A stretch of DNA of 64,000 nucleotides from a bacterium (GTDB lineage: Bacteria; Patescibacteriota; Patescibacteriia; Patescibacteriales; UBA12465), in NCBI GenBank assembly GCA_030696105.1, contig JAUYNJ010000004.1, forward strand, positions 77,872 through 141,871. The letters are read 5' to 3'. This document shows, piece by piece, positions 9,910 through 19,336 of the stretch. The stretch's first letter is position 1. The number at the start of each line of letters is the position of its first letter. The position numbers and the translations under genes were made by a program. The notes beneath the pieces are model-generated. The model was given only the letters and a program-made list of their open reading frames with translations. It was not told the origin of the DNA and searched no databases.

Positions 9910-10383
9910 TTATTCAACAATCATTATTTCTGCTGAGGCATCACCATCAGTGACGACTTGAGTCTGCATATCACCTGCCTCATCTGAGACCTGATCGACT
10001 GGAATTATATTGAAATAATCAACTTGCACAATATCATTGTCCGCACCGCCCATTGAAAAGCCGACACGAGCATTTAAAGCAATATGACCGTCTTCATAAC
10101 CGACATAAGCTTCACGATCGGTCTCCCAGTCAAGAGCTGTTAGGTAAAAAGTTCCGCCTAACACTTCTTTTTCTGGAGAGAGCTCGCTTAAGTTTTCGCG
10201 TAAGTAGGCCTCAAAGGCTACTCGATCAGCGGAAGAATATACATCAGCGAGATCATTGCCCTGGGCGGGTAAATCGGCGTCACCACTGTTTCTTGTGGGC
10301 GATTGCGTCACATAAAGAGCCACAGCGGCCACAACGATTAAAGTGATGATGACGATTAATAATGTTTTGTTTTGGTTTTCCAT
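9910..10383 (-). CDS. hypothetical membrane-anchored protein
   Basis: 157-aa ORF with a single N-terminal TM segment, packed tightly against its neighbours. Confidence 0.6.
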   Translation of the reverse strand: MENQNKTLLIVIITLIVVAAVALYVTQSPTRNSGDADLPAQGNDLADVYSSADRVAFEAYLRENLSELSPEKEVLGGTFYLTALDWETDREAYVGYEDGHIALNARVGFSMGGADNDIVQVDYFNIIPVDQVSDEAGDMQTQVVTDGDASAEIMIVE

Positions 10384-10392
10384 ATTGATAGA

Positions 10393-11025
10393 TTAATTAT
10401 TTTTTATGAATGCAACCTTGAATCGTGAGTTGAAAATATTCCACATACCAAACAAGAAGAAACTGGCTCCAATTTTTTCCATCGCCTCCTCAAGCACAAT
10501 TGTAGCCTGATAAACATCATGGTGCGAACGAATAATCATTCCACCAATATATTCAAACGCAATAACTAAAGCAAAACAAATAATACCGACTAAAATATAT
10601 GGAAACGACTTCGTCTTACGTTGTGAATAAAGGAGATATATTAGCAACACCAATACTCCGATAATAATTGGACTTAAATAAACAACCCACATGAAACTTG
10701 CTTGTTCAAAAAAGTTATAGTTATCGAATAAACCTAAGAAATAAATACCGAGGTTCTCGTGTAGCTCAGAAATCTCATCAAAAGCCAAAATTACAAAAAA
10801 CATACTAACGAGCAACCAGAGCCACTTTTCTTTTGCTTTTGAAAGCAGCGCAAAAATTGTAAATGACAAGCCGGCAATAAAGACGAGCTTTAAGCCGCTA
10901 TAATAAGCTGGGATAGTCCGCTCATTATCGAGATTTAAGATGTAGTATTGATCGCCCCACAGTAGATGCGCCCCGACTAGAATCAAATCCAAAATGAGCA
11001 AGCGATATAACCATTTCCTATTCAT
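10393..11025 (-). CDS. hypothetical polytopic membrane protein
   Basis: 210-aa ORF with about 6 hydrophobic helices. Confidence 0.6.
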   Translation of the reverse strand: MNRKWLYRLLILDLILVGAHLLWGDQYYILNLDNERTIPAYYSGLKLVFIAGLSFTIFALLSKAKEKWLWLLVSMFFVILAFDEISELHENLGIYFLGLFDNYNFFEQASFMWVVYLSPIIIGVLVLLIYLLYSQRKTKSFPYILVGIICFALVIAFEYIGGMIIRSHHDVYQATIVLEEAMEKIGASFFLFGMWNIFNSRFKVAFIKNN

Positions 11026-11030
11026 AATAT

Positions 11031-11501
11031 CTAGTTAATACCATTAAAATAATCCATGCTTGTCACGGCCTGTGCGCTGATATCTGGCACGCATCCGCCA
11101 AAGACGCTCTCATATGCGCAAGTGTTGCTTGTGATGCGACCATAAACAAATACTTCCTTGCCCATTTCTTCGACATACAAACCATCAGCGCTAACATAGA
11201 AAAGCTCTCCTGTTTCTTGTGATCTAATGCCAATATCTTCACCGCCCGCGAAGGAAGCGATAACTTCGCCGCGGACTGATGTTGGAATAGGTACCGGTAA
11301 TTCCCTTTCACGCTCGTCATTGAGCATCAACTCTTGATAGGTGCTCGATACTACGGTCGCCTGAGCGCCTTCAATCACAATGAGGTCATAGCTAATTCTA
11401 ATTAAGAAAAAGGCGGACAATACTAGAGCAGATAGAGAGAGGTAAAAATACATCGGTGAAACCTTCTTCCTAAACAAAGGCTTTGCTTTATATTTTTTCA
11501 T
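11031..11501 (-). CDS. hypothetical membrane-anchored protein
   Basis: 156-aa ORF with an N-terminal TM segment. Confidence 0.6.
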   Translation of the reverse strand: MKKYKAKPLFRKKVSPMYFYLSLSALVLSAFFLIRISYDLIVIEGAQATVVSSTYQELMLNDERERELPVPIPTSVRGEVIASFAGGEDIGIRSQETGELFYVSADGLYVEEMGKEVFVYGRITSNTCAYESVFGGCVPDISAQAVTSMDYFNGIN

Positions 11502-11623
11502 ATTGAGTATAAATTTTTATTACTCTAGTATAGCATTTTTATCGTCAAATATTAATATTAAGTAATTATGAGCTAATAATTAATTAATTTTTGTATGTTG
11601 CTATGCTAAATCGGCTCTACAAA

Positions 11624-11908
11624 TAAAAAAGCCATTGAGACTTTAGTAAAATGTTTGGCGCTAAGCTGCTTCCAAGCCTGCTCATTTTACGGTCTCAATG
11701 GCTATAACTGATTCTTTAGTTGAACCGATCAAGCTTGTCTAAAGAATCAGCTTCTATAAAGCACACAGCAATATCTAGAGTTATCTTTACATGGACCTTT
11801 CGTCCACCCTAAATTTTGTCTCCTCGTTCGTCACTACTAAGACTACTGTATTCTTTATAGGGCCACCTCCTTTTTGCGATGGGTTCGGCCAACTAACCAC
11901 CACGGATA
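11624..11908 (-). ncRNA. candidate structured non-coding RNA of about 285 nt, class unknown
   Basis: Lies in a 470-bp ORF-free gap. A perfect TTGACT-17-TAATAT promoter sits upstream. It contains a perfect 12-bp hairpin (11708-11719/11739-11750). It ends in a nested 11+8-bp hairpin (11631-11703) followed by TTTTTTATTT. Confidence 0.4.
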
Positions 11909-11913
11909 CTTTT

Positions 11914-11942
11914 ATATTAGTTAATGTGATGTAAAAAGTCAA
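11914..11942 (-). promoter_or_regulatory. sigma70-type promoter of the candidate ncRNA
   Basis: TTGACT (11937-11942), 17-nt spacer, TAATAT (11914-11919), read on the minus strand. Confidence 0.55.
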
Positions 11943-11972
11943 TAAATATTAGTTTTTAGACTTCTCACTCCT

Positions 11973-13163
11973 CTAGATATTCCTCCCTAAAATGACATAT
12001 TTCTCCCCTGCCCACTCAGTAAAAATCAGAGTGTGCTGCCCGCCCTCCTTGAGTTTTAGGGTTTTCCGCAAATCTTCAGGATTTATGCCGAAATGACGGG
12101 CGACAATGTGAGCTCTATCGAGCGCCTTCCTTTTTATCAGCTCCTTCGTTTTACTCATTGAAAAAGCGCTATACTCAAGAACCTCAAAGGTACGAAATAC
12201 TTTCGGCGGATAATTAATCAACTCATGGGCAGTCATCAGCTCATTTTGATGCGATATCCGATGAAGTTTAAAACGTGACGCCACCTCATCGCTAAGTTCA
12301 GCCTTGATAATTGCTTTATTGGGGATATAGATATACTTATTTAGGGCCGCTGCTGTTTCCGCTCTATTCTTTCCTCTGTCTCCCGTATAAGTTACCTCGG
12401 TATCACCATCAATTATGGTAGCGCGACGAGCCACGCCCCTAAACTGTCCAAACCATAAGAAAGCGCCCTTATTAACATTATCTTCTGAAATTATTTCTAT
12501 TTCCGGATTGCCTGGCAATTTGAGAATCTCCTCGTAATCAAAAGCTGGTGATATTTTGAGACAGATATTTTCAGTAACTTTTAACATCTGCGGCAGCAGC
12601 TCAACAATGTTTGGCTGGCTATTATAAATTGATCGGGTTTTTGTCTGCCCATCCCGAATTCGTTGCGGGTCGATGATAAAGGCTTCAGTGTTATTCAAAT
12701 TATCTTCCGCAAGTCCGTGAATAAATTCAATGCTTGCCGAAACACCGTAGCGTTCGGCGTTATGTCGCGCACAGCTTAAATGAACTTCGTCTATATCAAC
12801 TGCTCGCACTTTTAAATACTTCGCGAGAAAAATTGCACTCCCTCCCACGCCACAGGTCAAATCAGTTACGGTTCCATCTTTAATTAGCTCTTTAATGCGA
12901 CGGGCAACATAGCTTGAAATACGCTCGCCGCTTGCCTGCTCTAAGCCATCATCGGTAAAAAACATTTCCTGACTTTTCACAAACTTCCCTTGCGCCTGAC
13001 TTCTTAATTTAAGCAGAGTAACAATTTCCGAAAAAAACGGCACTTTCTTTTTAGATAACTTAAAAGCCAGGGAGGGCAAGTCCTTGATACCAACATTCTT
13101 ATATTCTTCGAGTATCTTTCTTCCCTCCTCAGAGGTCAGAAATTCTAGTGCTTTTATTGTCAT
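11973..13163 (-). CDS. class I SAM-dependent methyltransferase (THUMP-like / cap-MTase-like family)
   Basis: Start set at MTIKALEFL. Motif I is VTDLTCGVGGSAIFLA. A VDID acidic loop is present. Confidence 0.7.
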   Translation of the reverse strand: MTIKALEFLTSEEGRKILEEYKNVGIKDLPSLAFKLSKKKVPFFSEIVTLLKLRSQAQGKFVKSQEMFFTDDGLEQASGERISSYVARRIKELIKDGTVTDLTCGVGGSAIFLAKYLKVRAVDIDEVHLSCARHNAERYGVSASIEFIHGLAEDNLNNTEAFIIDPQRIRDGQTKTRSIYNSQPNIVELLPQMLKVTENICLKISPAFDYEEILKLPGNPEIEIISEDNVNKGAFLWFGQFRGVARRATIIDGDTEVTYTGDRGKNRAETAAALNKYIYIPNKAIIKAELSDEVASRFKLHRISHQNELMTAHELINYPPKVFRTFEVLEYSAFSMSKTKELIKRKALDRAHIVARHFGINPEDLRKTLKLKEGGQHTLIFTEWAGEKYVILGRNI

Positions 13164-13171
13164 ACCGCACT

Positions 13172-13555
13172 TTAACCCGCAAAATATGCATAAACTGCAT
13201 AAATGATAGCGAGGAAGGAAAAGAAGAAAATGGCAATATAATTCCACTTTGCTAAACTCGTCGTCAGGCTTTTGAGGATGTATATTAAGGCCTCACGCTC
13301 CTCGGAGTTAAGTGGCTGTTGATTAGCAATTTTGTTGGTTAAGTTTAAATCTTCAATTAATTTGTCACGGCGACGCTCAACTTGCCAGCGATGAGCAAAG
13401 TACCAAATAAAGCCGAGTGTACCGATGTACCACAAAACCTCAACCCAGAAGGCGCTGTAATGATTTACGACGATCACCAGGCGATAGGAGATGGTGGCAA
13501 TAACCCCGACTGAGAAAATAAGGATGCGATACCAATGTTTACTTAAATGAGTCAT
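13172..13555 (-). CDS. hypothetical membrane protein
   Basis: 127 aa with 3 TM segments. Its stop lies 8 nt before the start of the methyltransferase gene. Confidence 0.6.
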   Translation of the reverse strand: MTHLSKHWYRILIFSVGVIATISYRLVIVVNHYSAFWVEVLWYIGTLGFIWYFAHRWQVERRRDKLIEDLNLTNKIANQQPLNSEEREALIYILKSLTTSLAKWNYIAIFFFSFLAIIYAVYAYFAG

Positions 13556-13722
13556 AGAAATTATTAATATAAAAAGCTTGCTACCATATGTATATACTAA
13601 TTATAGCTTAAATTAAACAATACATGAATATGAGGCTCACTATATTAAAAGTTCAGAATTTGCTTAAGCCCAAAATAACGTCTCTTATGCTATTTGGAGT
13701 TCTGTGACTGTTTAGAGAAAAG

Positions 13723-14694
13723 CTACAAATCCCACTTAAACCCGTTACCAAAACTTCCCCAGGCTGCAACTTGCTCGTATTGCGGTTTTTTGAGATCAAG
13801 GAAACGGGCAATGCCTGTCGGTGTTAAATCATAACCGACAACATCTAGCTCTTCTTTGGAGCCATTGATATGTGTTATTTCAGCGGTCACCATCAGGGGC
13901 TCGGAAATACCAATTGCATAAGCCAGCTTAACTATAACTTCCTTTGCTTGATATTTTTTCAACAAATCAACAGCAATTTTTCTTGCCATATAAGCACCAG
14001 AGCGATCAACCTTACTTGCGTCCTTGCCGGAAAAGGCTCCGCCCCCAATAGGAATTTGAGGGCCATAGTTATCACAAGCTAGTTTGCGCCCGGTAAGGCC
14101 CGTATCGGCCGCGAATCCACCCTGGTTCCAGTCTCCAGCTGGATTTGCATAAATTTTCATGTCGTCACTTATTTTCATTTGATCCCGCCAGTCGCTTATC
14201 AGTCCAAGCAACTTGTCACGCGATAATCCACAAAAACTGGCGACCAAGGCCGTGACCTGTTCTCCTTTAGTCGTTATTTGAACTTTACCATCGCTTGCAT
14301 GCGCAGCGTAGATAAAACGACACAAACTACGCGCCAAGTATAATTCTCTTGGTATTAAATCTATATTTTCATTACAAGCATAGCCCACCATAATACCTTG
14401 ATCGCCAGCGCCACCGCCGTCCACGCCCCGCGCTATTTCTGTGCTCTGTCTGCTTATATTTGCTTGAACACCATAACTATCACCAATTACGGCTCTCACG
14501 ATGCTTTGAATATCAATTTCAGCATTACTGCTAAGTTCGCCTGTAACTGTGATGAGATTATGACCGCCCATGGTTTCCATGGCCACGCGACTGTTTTCAT
14601 CTTGTTTTAAGCAAGCATCTAAAATAGCATCGCTAATGCGGTCACAAATTTTATCCGGATGCATAGGTGTAATCGATTCGGCTGTTTTGTACAT
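13723..14694 (-). CDS. metK: S-adenosylmethionine synthetase, compact 323-aa form
   Basis: HPDKICDRISDAILD, GAGDQGIMVGYA, DTGLTGRK and GGGAFSGKDASKVDRSGAY motifs. Confidence 0.95.
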   Translation of the reverse strand: MYKTAESITPMHPDKICDRISDAILDACLKQDENSRVAMETMGGHNLITVTGELSSNAEIDIQSIVRAVIGDSYGVQANISRQSTEIARGVDGGGAGDQGIMVGYACNENIDLIPRELYLARSLCRFIYAAHASDGKVQITTKGEQVTALVASFCGLSRDKLLGLISDWRDQMKISDDMKIYANPAGDWNQGGFAADTGLTGRKLACDNYGPQIPIGGGAFSGKDASKVDRSGAYMARKIAVDLLKKYQAKEVIVKLAYAIGISEPLMVTAEITHINGSKEELDVVGYDLTPTGIARFLDLKKPQYEQVAAWGSFGNGFKWDL

Positions 14695-14710
14695 ATAATT
14701 ATAATTATTA

Positions 14711-14745
14711 ATAAAAAAGCTCTTCCCCGAGAAAGGAAAGAGTTT
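14711..14745 (-). terminator. riboswitch expression-platform terminator
   Basis: On the minus strand, CTCTTTCC...GGAAGAG hairpin followed by CTTTTTTATT, between the aptamer and the metK start. Confidence 0.75.
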
Positions 14746-14767
14746 TTATTATGGAAAATAAAAAATC

Positions 14768-14882
14768 GACCTTCATCTTTCCCTTAATCGGGCTAGACTT
14801 AGCACCTTCCGGATGGATTATTCCGGGGTTGCTGGCAGGTCACAGGGCTAGTTCCCTCGCTGCGCTCTTTATAAAATGATTC
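14768..14882 (-). promoter_or_regulatory. SAM-I (S-box) riboswitch aptamer
   Basis: The minus strand reads AAGAGCGCAGCGAGGGAACTAGCCCTGTGACCTGCCAGCAACC...GGAAGGTGCTAAGTCTAGC...AAAGATGA. This matches the S-box core (GAGGGA, GCCC, GCAACC, GGTGCTAA) upstream of metK. Confidence 0.85.
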
Positions 14883-15002
14883 TTTAATTGTGAACTTATT
14901 ATAGCATGAATTAAAAATAATAAAAGTTATGCAATCACTACATTTGGTAAATAAAAAACCCTACACCTCTTGGTAATAGGGCTTACATATCTTTTTCTTG
15001 AG

Positions 15003-15302
15003 CTACTTTTCAAGAAATAGATATATGGACTTTTCTTCCTGTGGGAGCTTCCCTGGCTCAATTTCCCCAACAGGGAAAAACTGATGATCTAGAATGGGGG
15101 CTCTTTCATAAGAAAGAGTGAGCCTCTTCGTGCAAATCGGAGACCCAACGAGGGCTGGCCCAATGATGAAGCGCCACTCCCCGTTCCGCTCAAATTCATG
15201 TTTTGGAACAAAGGCTTGAGTGCTTTGTTCACAAGAAACAGTGACCGTACAAGGTATTGTTGCCGGCCGTTGCACCTCCTTTACTTTCCACTTGCCTGAC
15301 AT
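15003..15302 (-). CDS. hypothetical protein (island orphan)
   Basis: 99-aa ORF with a strong GGAGGAAAC SD sequence and its own promoter and terminator. Confidence 0.6.
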   Translation of the reverse strand: MSGKWKVKEVQRPATIPCTVTVSCEQSTQAFVPKHEFERNGEWRFIIGPALVGSPICTKRLTLSYERAPILDHQFFPVGEIEPGKLPQEEKSIYLFLEK

Positions 15303-15447
15303 GTTTCCTCCTTTTTTTGTGTTAATGTGTATTTAGATAATAATCTAAAATACCATATTTTCGACAATTAATCAATGTTTAGGGGAGCGGATATATAAAA
15401 CCCTTGAATTTATTGATTCAAGGGTTGTGGGTCTTTCAGGGAGCTTT

Positions 15448-15828
15448 TTAATTTAAAGCTTTTTGCGTGATATCCTTCAAGTATTTATCTGGATGAAGGA
15501 AAAAATCAATTAGCGCATTCTTTATCGGCTTCATCCCGCAATCAGTGCGATTTAGGGGAGCCAGCACTCCATAGTGAGTGGTGGCGAATTTCAGCTTACC
15601 GTTAACCTCAGCAATCTCTAGAGTTGGGTTAACGTCGCCCCCGCACCATCTTTGTAAATTAAACATTTTGATGCCACCGTCGTAGTCATTAGCCTGACAA
15701 TTTTTGAAATGACCTAGGATGGCTTGTTTAATTTCAGGCCTGGAATCGAGGAATTGGCTTAAAAAATCATTTAGCCAGGTGACCTGTTGGTCCAGGTTTT
15801 TTTCTTCAAACTTTTCCTTTGTTTTCAT
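15448..15828 (-). CDS. hypothetical protein (island orphan)
   Basis: Start at MKTKEKFE, preceded by a TGGAGG SD sequence. It has a TTGACA-17-TATATT promoter and a terminator at 15390-15427. Confidence 0.6.
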   Translation of the reverse strand: MKTKEKFEEKNLDQQVTWLNDFLSQFLDSRPEIKQAILGHFKNCQANDYDGGIKMFNLQRWCGGDVNPTLEIAEVNGKLKFATTHYGVLAPLNRTDCGMKPIKNALIDFFLHPDKYLKDITQKALN

Positions 15829-15995
15829 TGTTAAGCCTCCATTTTTGTTGTTGTTTAAGATAATGAAAAAATATAACACTGGGGATTGTTTTTGTCAATT
15901 GTGGACACCTAATGTTCAGTTAGTAAGCGCAACATGCACAATTTTCTCAATATAAAAAGGCCCGAAATAGGCCTTAATGCTTATCCTATTTAACC

Positions 15996-17105
15996 CTATT
16001 CCCTATTTTCAAACAGTAAAATAGTTTCTTTGAGCTTTGCTTCAGTCGCACATTTGCTCGCTAATACATTATTAAGGGCCACTTCGGGAATATGCATTAA
16101 AGATTTGCCGAGAGCATTTTCTGTAAAGTACATTTTTATGAAATTGCTTTCTTCAAGTAACATCGACTGGCTTTGAACCGTTTTCACCTCGGCGCAATTC
16201 TTCCCCGCTTCGATAGATAAATTATTATAGAAATCAAAATAGTAGCTCTGGGTAAGATTTTGTTTATAATAAAATTTATTCTTTAACAAGATTTTCGATA
16301 CGAGTCCAAATTGATTGTATCTATCGTTATGAACATTAGCTAAAGCTTCTTTAGTGACAAGATATTCAGTTATATAGGGGGCTGAATTCCCTGTTGCTTG
16401 TAGGCTCTCCAATTTTAATTTATACTCTGCCAAAAGCCTTGAGTCAGATGGAATTTTCGAAATGACTTTTTGTAATACATCTAGGCCGGTATTCTTTATC
16501 GCGATGCCGACTAAGTGCGTAATTACTAAGCCTTGTGAATTTTCAATCGCATTACCAACAATAATTGATTTAAAAGCCTCATCTAGCGCTTCTTCGCTTC
16601 TACCACTACTTGCGAGCCAGATTGCCTTAACACCGCTAAGGCGACTTGTTTCCCGCCAACTATTGAGAGGAGTGACCGGCATGTCTAAAGATATCTTCGA
16701 TTGATCATCCGCATCAGGCAACTGAAAAAGACCCTTAGCGGCAGCGTCGGTAAAATGTTGCAGGGCGACTTCATTATCAGCCAATAGTTGCTCTACAGCC
16801 TCTTCGTCCCACTCAGCGCTTGTTAAGTAATCAGATACGAGTTGCTTGCCCTTCGGTACACTATTTGTATTAATTATGTCACGTGTTTTCTCTAAATCAT
16901 AAAACGAGTTATCTTCTACCGGAATGTTAATTGTTTGCAGTTGGAGCTTAGAATCGTCGACTGGAGCAATGTCCCTCCCTTTAATAATGCTTAAAGTGAA
17001 AGGGATGACGAGAACAACAATTACTAACAATACGAAAGCCAAGCCCAAAAACTTAAACGCGCCGCTAGTTATTTGAGCGGCGACTGTCTTATTAATTTTT
17101 TTCAT
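15996..17105 (-). CDS. hypothetical membrane-anchored protein (island orphan)
   Basis: Start at MKKINKTV. One TM segment followed by a soluble domain of about 320 aa. Confidence 0.6.
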   Translation of the reverse strand: MKKINKTVAAQITSGAFKFLGLAFVLLVIVVLVIPFTLSIIKGRDIAPVDDSKLQLQTINIPVEDNSFYDLEKTRDIINTNSVPKGKQLVSDYLTSAEWDEEAVEQLLADNEVALQHFTDAAAKGLFQLPDADDQSKISLDMPVTPLNSWRETSRLSGVKAIWLASSGRSEEALDEAFKSIIVGNAIENSQGLVITHLVGIAIKNTGLDVLQKVISKIPSDSRLLAEYKLKLESLQATGNSAPYITEYLVTKEALANVHNDRYNQFGLVSKILLKNKFYYKQNLTQSYYFDFYNNLSIEAGKNCAEVKTVQSQSMLLEESNFIKMYFTENALGKSLMHIPEVALNNVLASKCATEAKLKETILLFENRE

Positions 17106-17251
17106 AATATTAATATTTGATAATATATTAAATATTATATCAAACATTTTGTAGGCTTAATAGAAATGACGCCATAAGCGAAAAACAAAAGCGACTATTA
17201 TTCATAGCCGGCTTTATCAAATATTCAAATTAAAAACTATATATAATGCGA

Positions 17252-17617
17252 TTAATTGCTGTTAAAAAATTTCTGCAATCTTTGTTTCAGGCTTGAGGAC
17301 TTCGTTTCTTGGCGAGGTTTACTTACTTTGCCAAGGGATGCAAAGATATCCTCAGCGGACCCATTGCTCTTCTCATAATCCGCCTTAATACTAGCAAGAA
17401 TTGCATCGCTTTCTTCCTTTGATTTTTTCTTATCGGCTGCGATGCTTGCAAGAACATTGTCGCTCTCTATTTTTGACTGCCGTTGCGCTGCCTCAACATC
17501 TGATGAAATACTTTCAAAAACTCCGGCGCTGTCATTATTTGATTCTATCTGATCAGCTTTAATGTCTGCAAATAATTCCTTGCTATCATTATTAATTGAA
17601 GGATTCTCCTTGTTCAT
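17252..17617 (-). CDS. hypothetical protein with internal (L/F)ASI(K/A)AD..KS repeats
   Basis: Start at MNKENPS. It carries a repeated motif about 25 aa long. Confidence 0.5.
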   Translation of the reverse strand: MNKENPSINNDSKELFADIKADQIESNNDSAGVFESISSDVEAAQRQSKIESDNVLASIAADKKKSKEESDAILASIKADYEKSNGSAEDIFASLGKVSKPRQETKSSSLKQRLQKFFNSN

Positions 17618-17710
17618 AAAAGTATTAAACTTATTTATTAAACCAACAAGATTATTATAACACAAAATTGGATATTTAGCAAGTAGAGCTAACGTTGATT
17701 AATGTTTTGA

Positions 17711-18262
17711 CTAACCATGACAGCCTAGTATTAAAGCAAAGCTGTTGGTAGAATATTGTTTAAGCATTTCTTTAAAATCTTTTGTCCACTTAATATAGTC
17801 TTTATAATTGGGACTGGACACATCTACATGCATGAAGCCTGTTGGCGGCTGAATTAATTTTAACTCAGGCGTCACAATAGCGTGCGGAAATCTATCATAT
17901 CCGTCAACAGCATTTACTAAATCATCGGTCAGCATTAAATCAAAGATATCATAATCATCGAAGAAATTAAGTTGCTTTAAGGGTTTATCAATTTTTCTCT
18001 GGCATTGCTCCACTAAAGCTTCTTTATAAACGTATGAAAGTTGATAAATTCCCTTCTCATCAACCCCGGTCTCAGTTTGATTTATTTCGGCAAGTTTTTC
18101 GGCAAGCGCTTTATCATCGTGCGGGTCCATATCAAACAATAAAGAAAAATTATTCTTCATTTCGGCTGATAAATATTCCTTTCCTTTGTCATTGATTTTC
18201 TTTCTGATATTATCAAGCACTGCTGTATCTGATTTCATAATGACAATAGCGGTAAATTTCAT
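17711..18262 (-). CDS. hypothetical protein (island orphan)
   Basis: 183-aa ORF with a TTGACA-17-ATAATT promoter preceded by the conserved box. Confidence 0.6.
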   Translation of the reverse strand: MKFTAIVIMKSDTAVLDNIRKKINDKGKEYLSAEMKNNFSLLFDMDPHDDKALAEKLAEINQTETGVDEKGIYQLSYVYKEALVEQCQRKIDKPLKQLNFFDDYDIFDLMLTDDLVNAVDGYDRFPHAIVTPELKLIQPPTGFMHVDVSSPNYKDYIKWTKDFKEMLKQYSTNSFALILGCHG

Positions 18263-18323
18263 ATAGGTATTATATACAACAAAATTATCACTTATGGAGG
18301 TTTTGTGTCAAATGTTATATAGG

Positions 18324-18347
18324 TACATTCAAAACTCGAAGTGCTAC
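18324..18347 (-). promoter_or_regulatory. conserved upstream box, copy 1
   Basis: The minus strand reads GTAGCACTTCGAGTTTTGAATGTA. The GAATG element ends exactly 14 nt before TTGACA. Confidence 0.5.
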
Positions 18348-18734
18348 AAATAAAAAAATGACGCAACTGCAAGGCTGCGCCATTATTCTTGTCTTATACT
18401 CCTCAGTTTTGACGTTCAACCCTTAAACTATAAAGCGGAATTGAACCACGCCTTCAAAACCCTCAGGCATAAACAAGCGAGCATTTTTTTGTGAATTACT
18501 CACAAGGAAATTGCTGGTCCTGGGTCTTGTTGACCCAACTATCGCCTGAAGACCGACGATAAGAGCCCTACTTTGAGTTTGCCCATACCTCATTTCGCTG
18601 ATTGTCTAGTGTTATTATTTTATTTATTCAGGGCAAAGATACCGCTGTATCCTTTTTTGTCTTACCTTTCTTAGGCAAGTGAGGGTAATAACACTCCGTT
18701 GGTTTTGTTTCAATCTTAAAACCAAATAAACAGA

Positions 18735-19076
18735 TTAGTTTGACTCAAAATTGGAAAAATACGCCTTTCCACAAAAAAACCTTTCAAATATACCATATTC
18801 GTAGGATTTTTTGCAGTTTGTAATGAGCCACCAGTAGCAGCTCGCTATTTTTCCGCAACAGAGCAGCTCGCCAATACTATTGGTTCTAGACCAATGTTTC
18901 GAGCACCTGATAACATACTTGCCGTTTTTATCCTCTCCATACCAGTATTCGGAGCTGATCTCTTGGTCTCGATTATAACTAGTATAATCGGCCTTTCTTT
19001 TGGGCTTTTTGCAGCCCTTAAAGCGGCATTTTGTTCCAAGATAGAAATTATCCTGGTTAATTTCTATCCATTTCAT
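18735..19076 (-). CDS. hypothetical Cys/Trp-rich protein (island orphan)
   Basis: 113-aa ORF with a TTGACA-17-TATATT promoter. Confidence 0.5.
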   Translation of the reverse strand: MKWIEINQDNFYLGTKCRFKGCKKPKRKADYTSYNRDQEISSEYWYGEDKNGKYVIRCSKHWSRTNSIGELLCCGKIASCYWWLITNCKKSYEYGIFERFFCGKAYFSNFESN

Positions 19077-19336
19077 TGTTAGTTTTTTAGGGTGAACACA
19101 AAAGACTTATATACAATCTTCTCTGCTCACCCGATAAAACCAGATATCAAAGAACTAAACATTCCTTATAATATAACATATATATACTTCTTTGTCAATG
19201 CTTTATCGTTGTCCTCAAGCGCAAAGTGTGCCGGATAATATATTAATATTATTTTATCAACTAGTTCACAAACCCGACAAATTCATCATATTTAATCGGT
19301 CCTTTTACTGCTATTTTCCATGCTATAATATAAGCT

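Noticed and set aside
11650-11690. An SRP RNA-like motif (AGCAGGCTTGGAAGCAGC) at the apex of the terminal hairpin of the candidate ncRNA, plus Alu-domain-like GGAGGTGGCCCTATA near its 5' end.
   Set aside because: I could not build the conserved helix-8 geometry (AGG/AGCA symmetric loop closing a GNRA tetraloop). The hairpin is closed locally near the 3' end instead of by 5'/3' pairing. This stays open as a possibility for cmscan but is not called.
18425-18450. A T-arm-like sequence GTGGTTCAATTCCGC that suggests a tRNA or tmRNA.
   Set aside because: No matching acceptor strand (ACTATAA), D arm or proper anticodon arm could be found in the flanks, and there is no CCA context.
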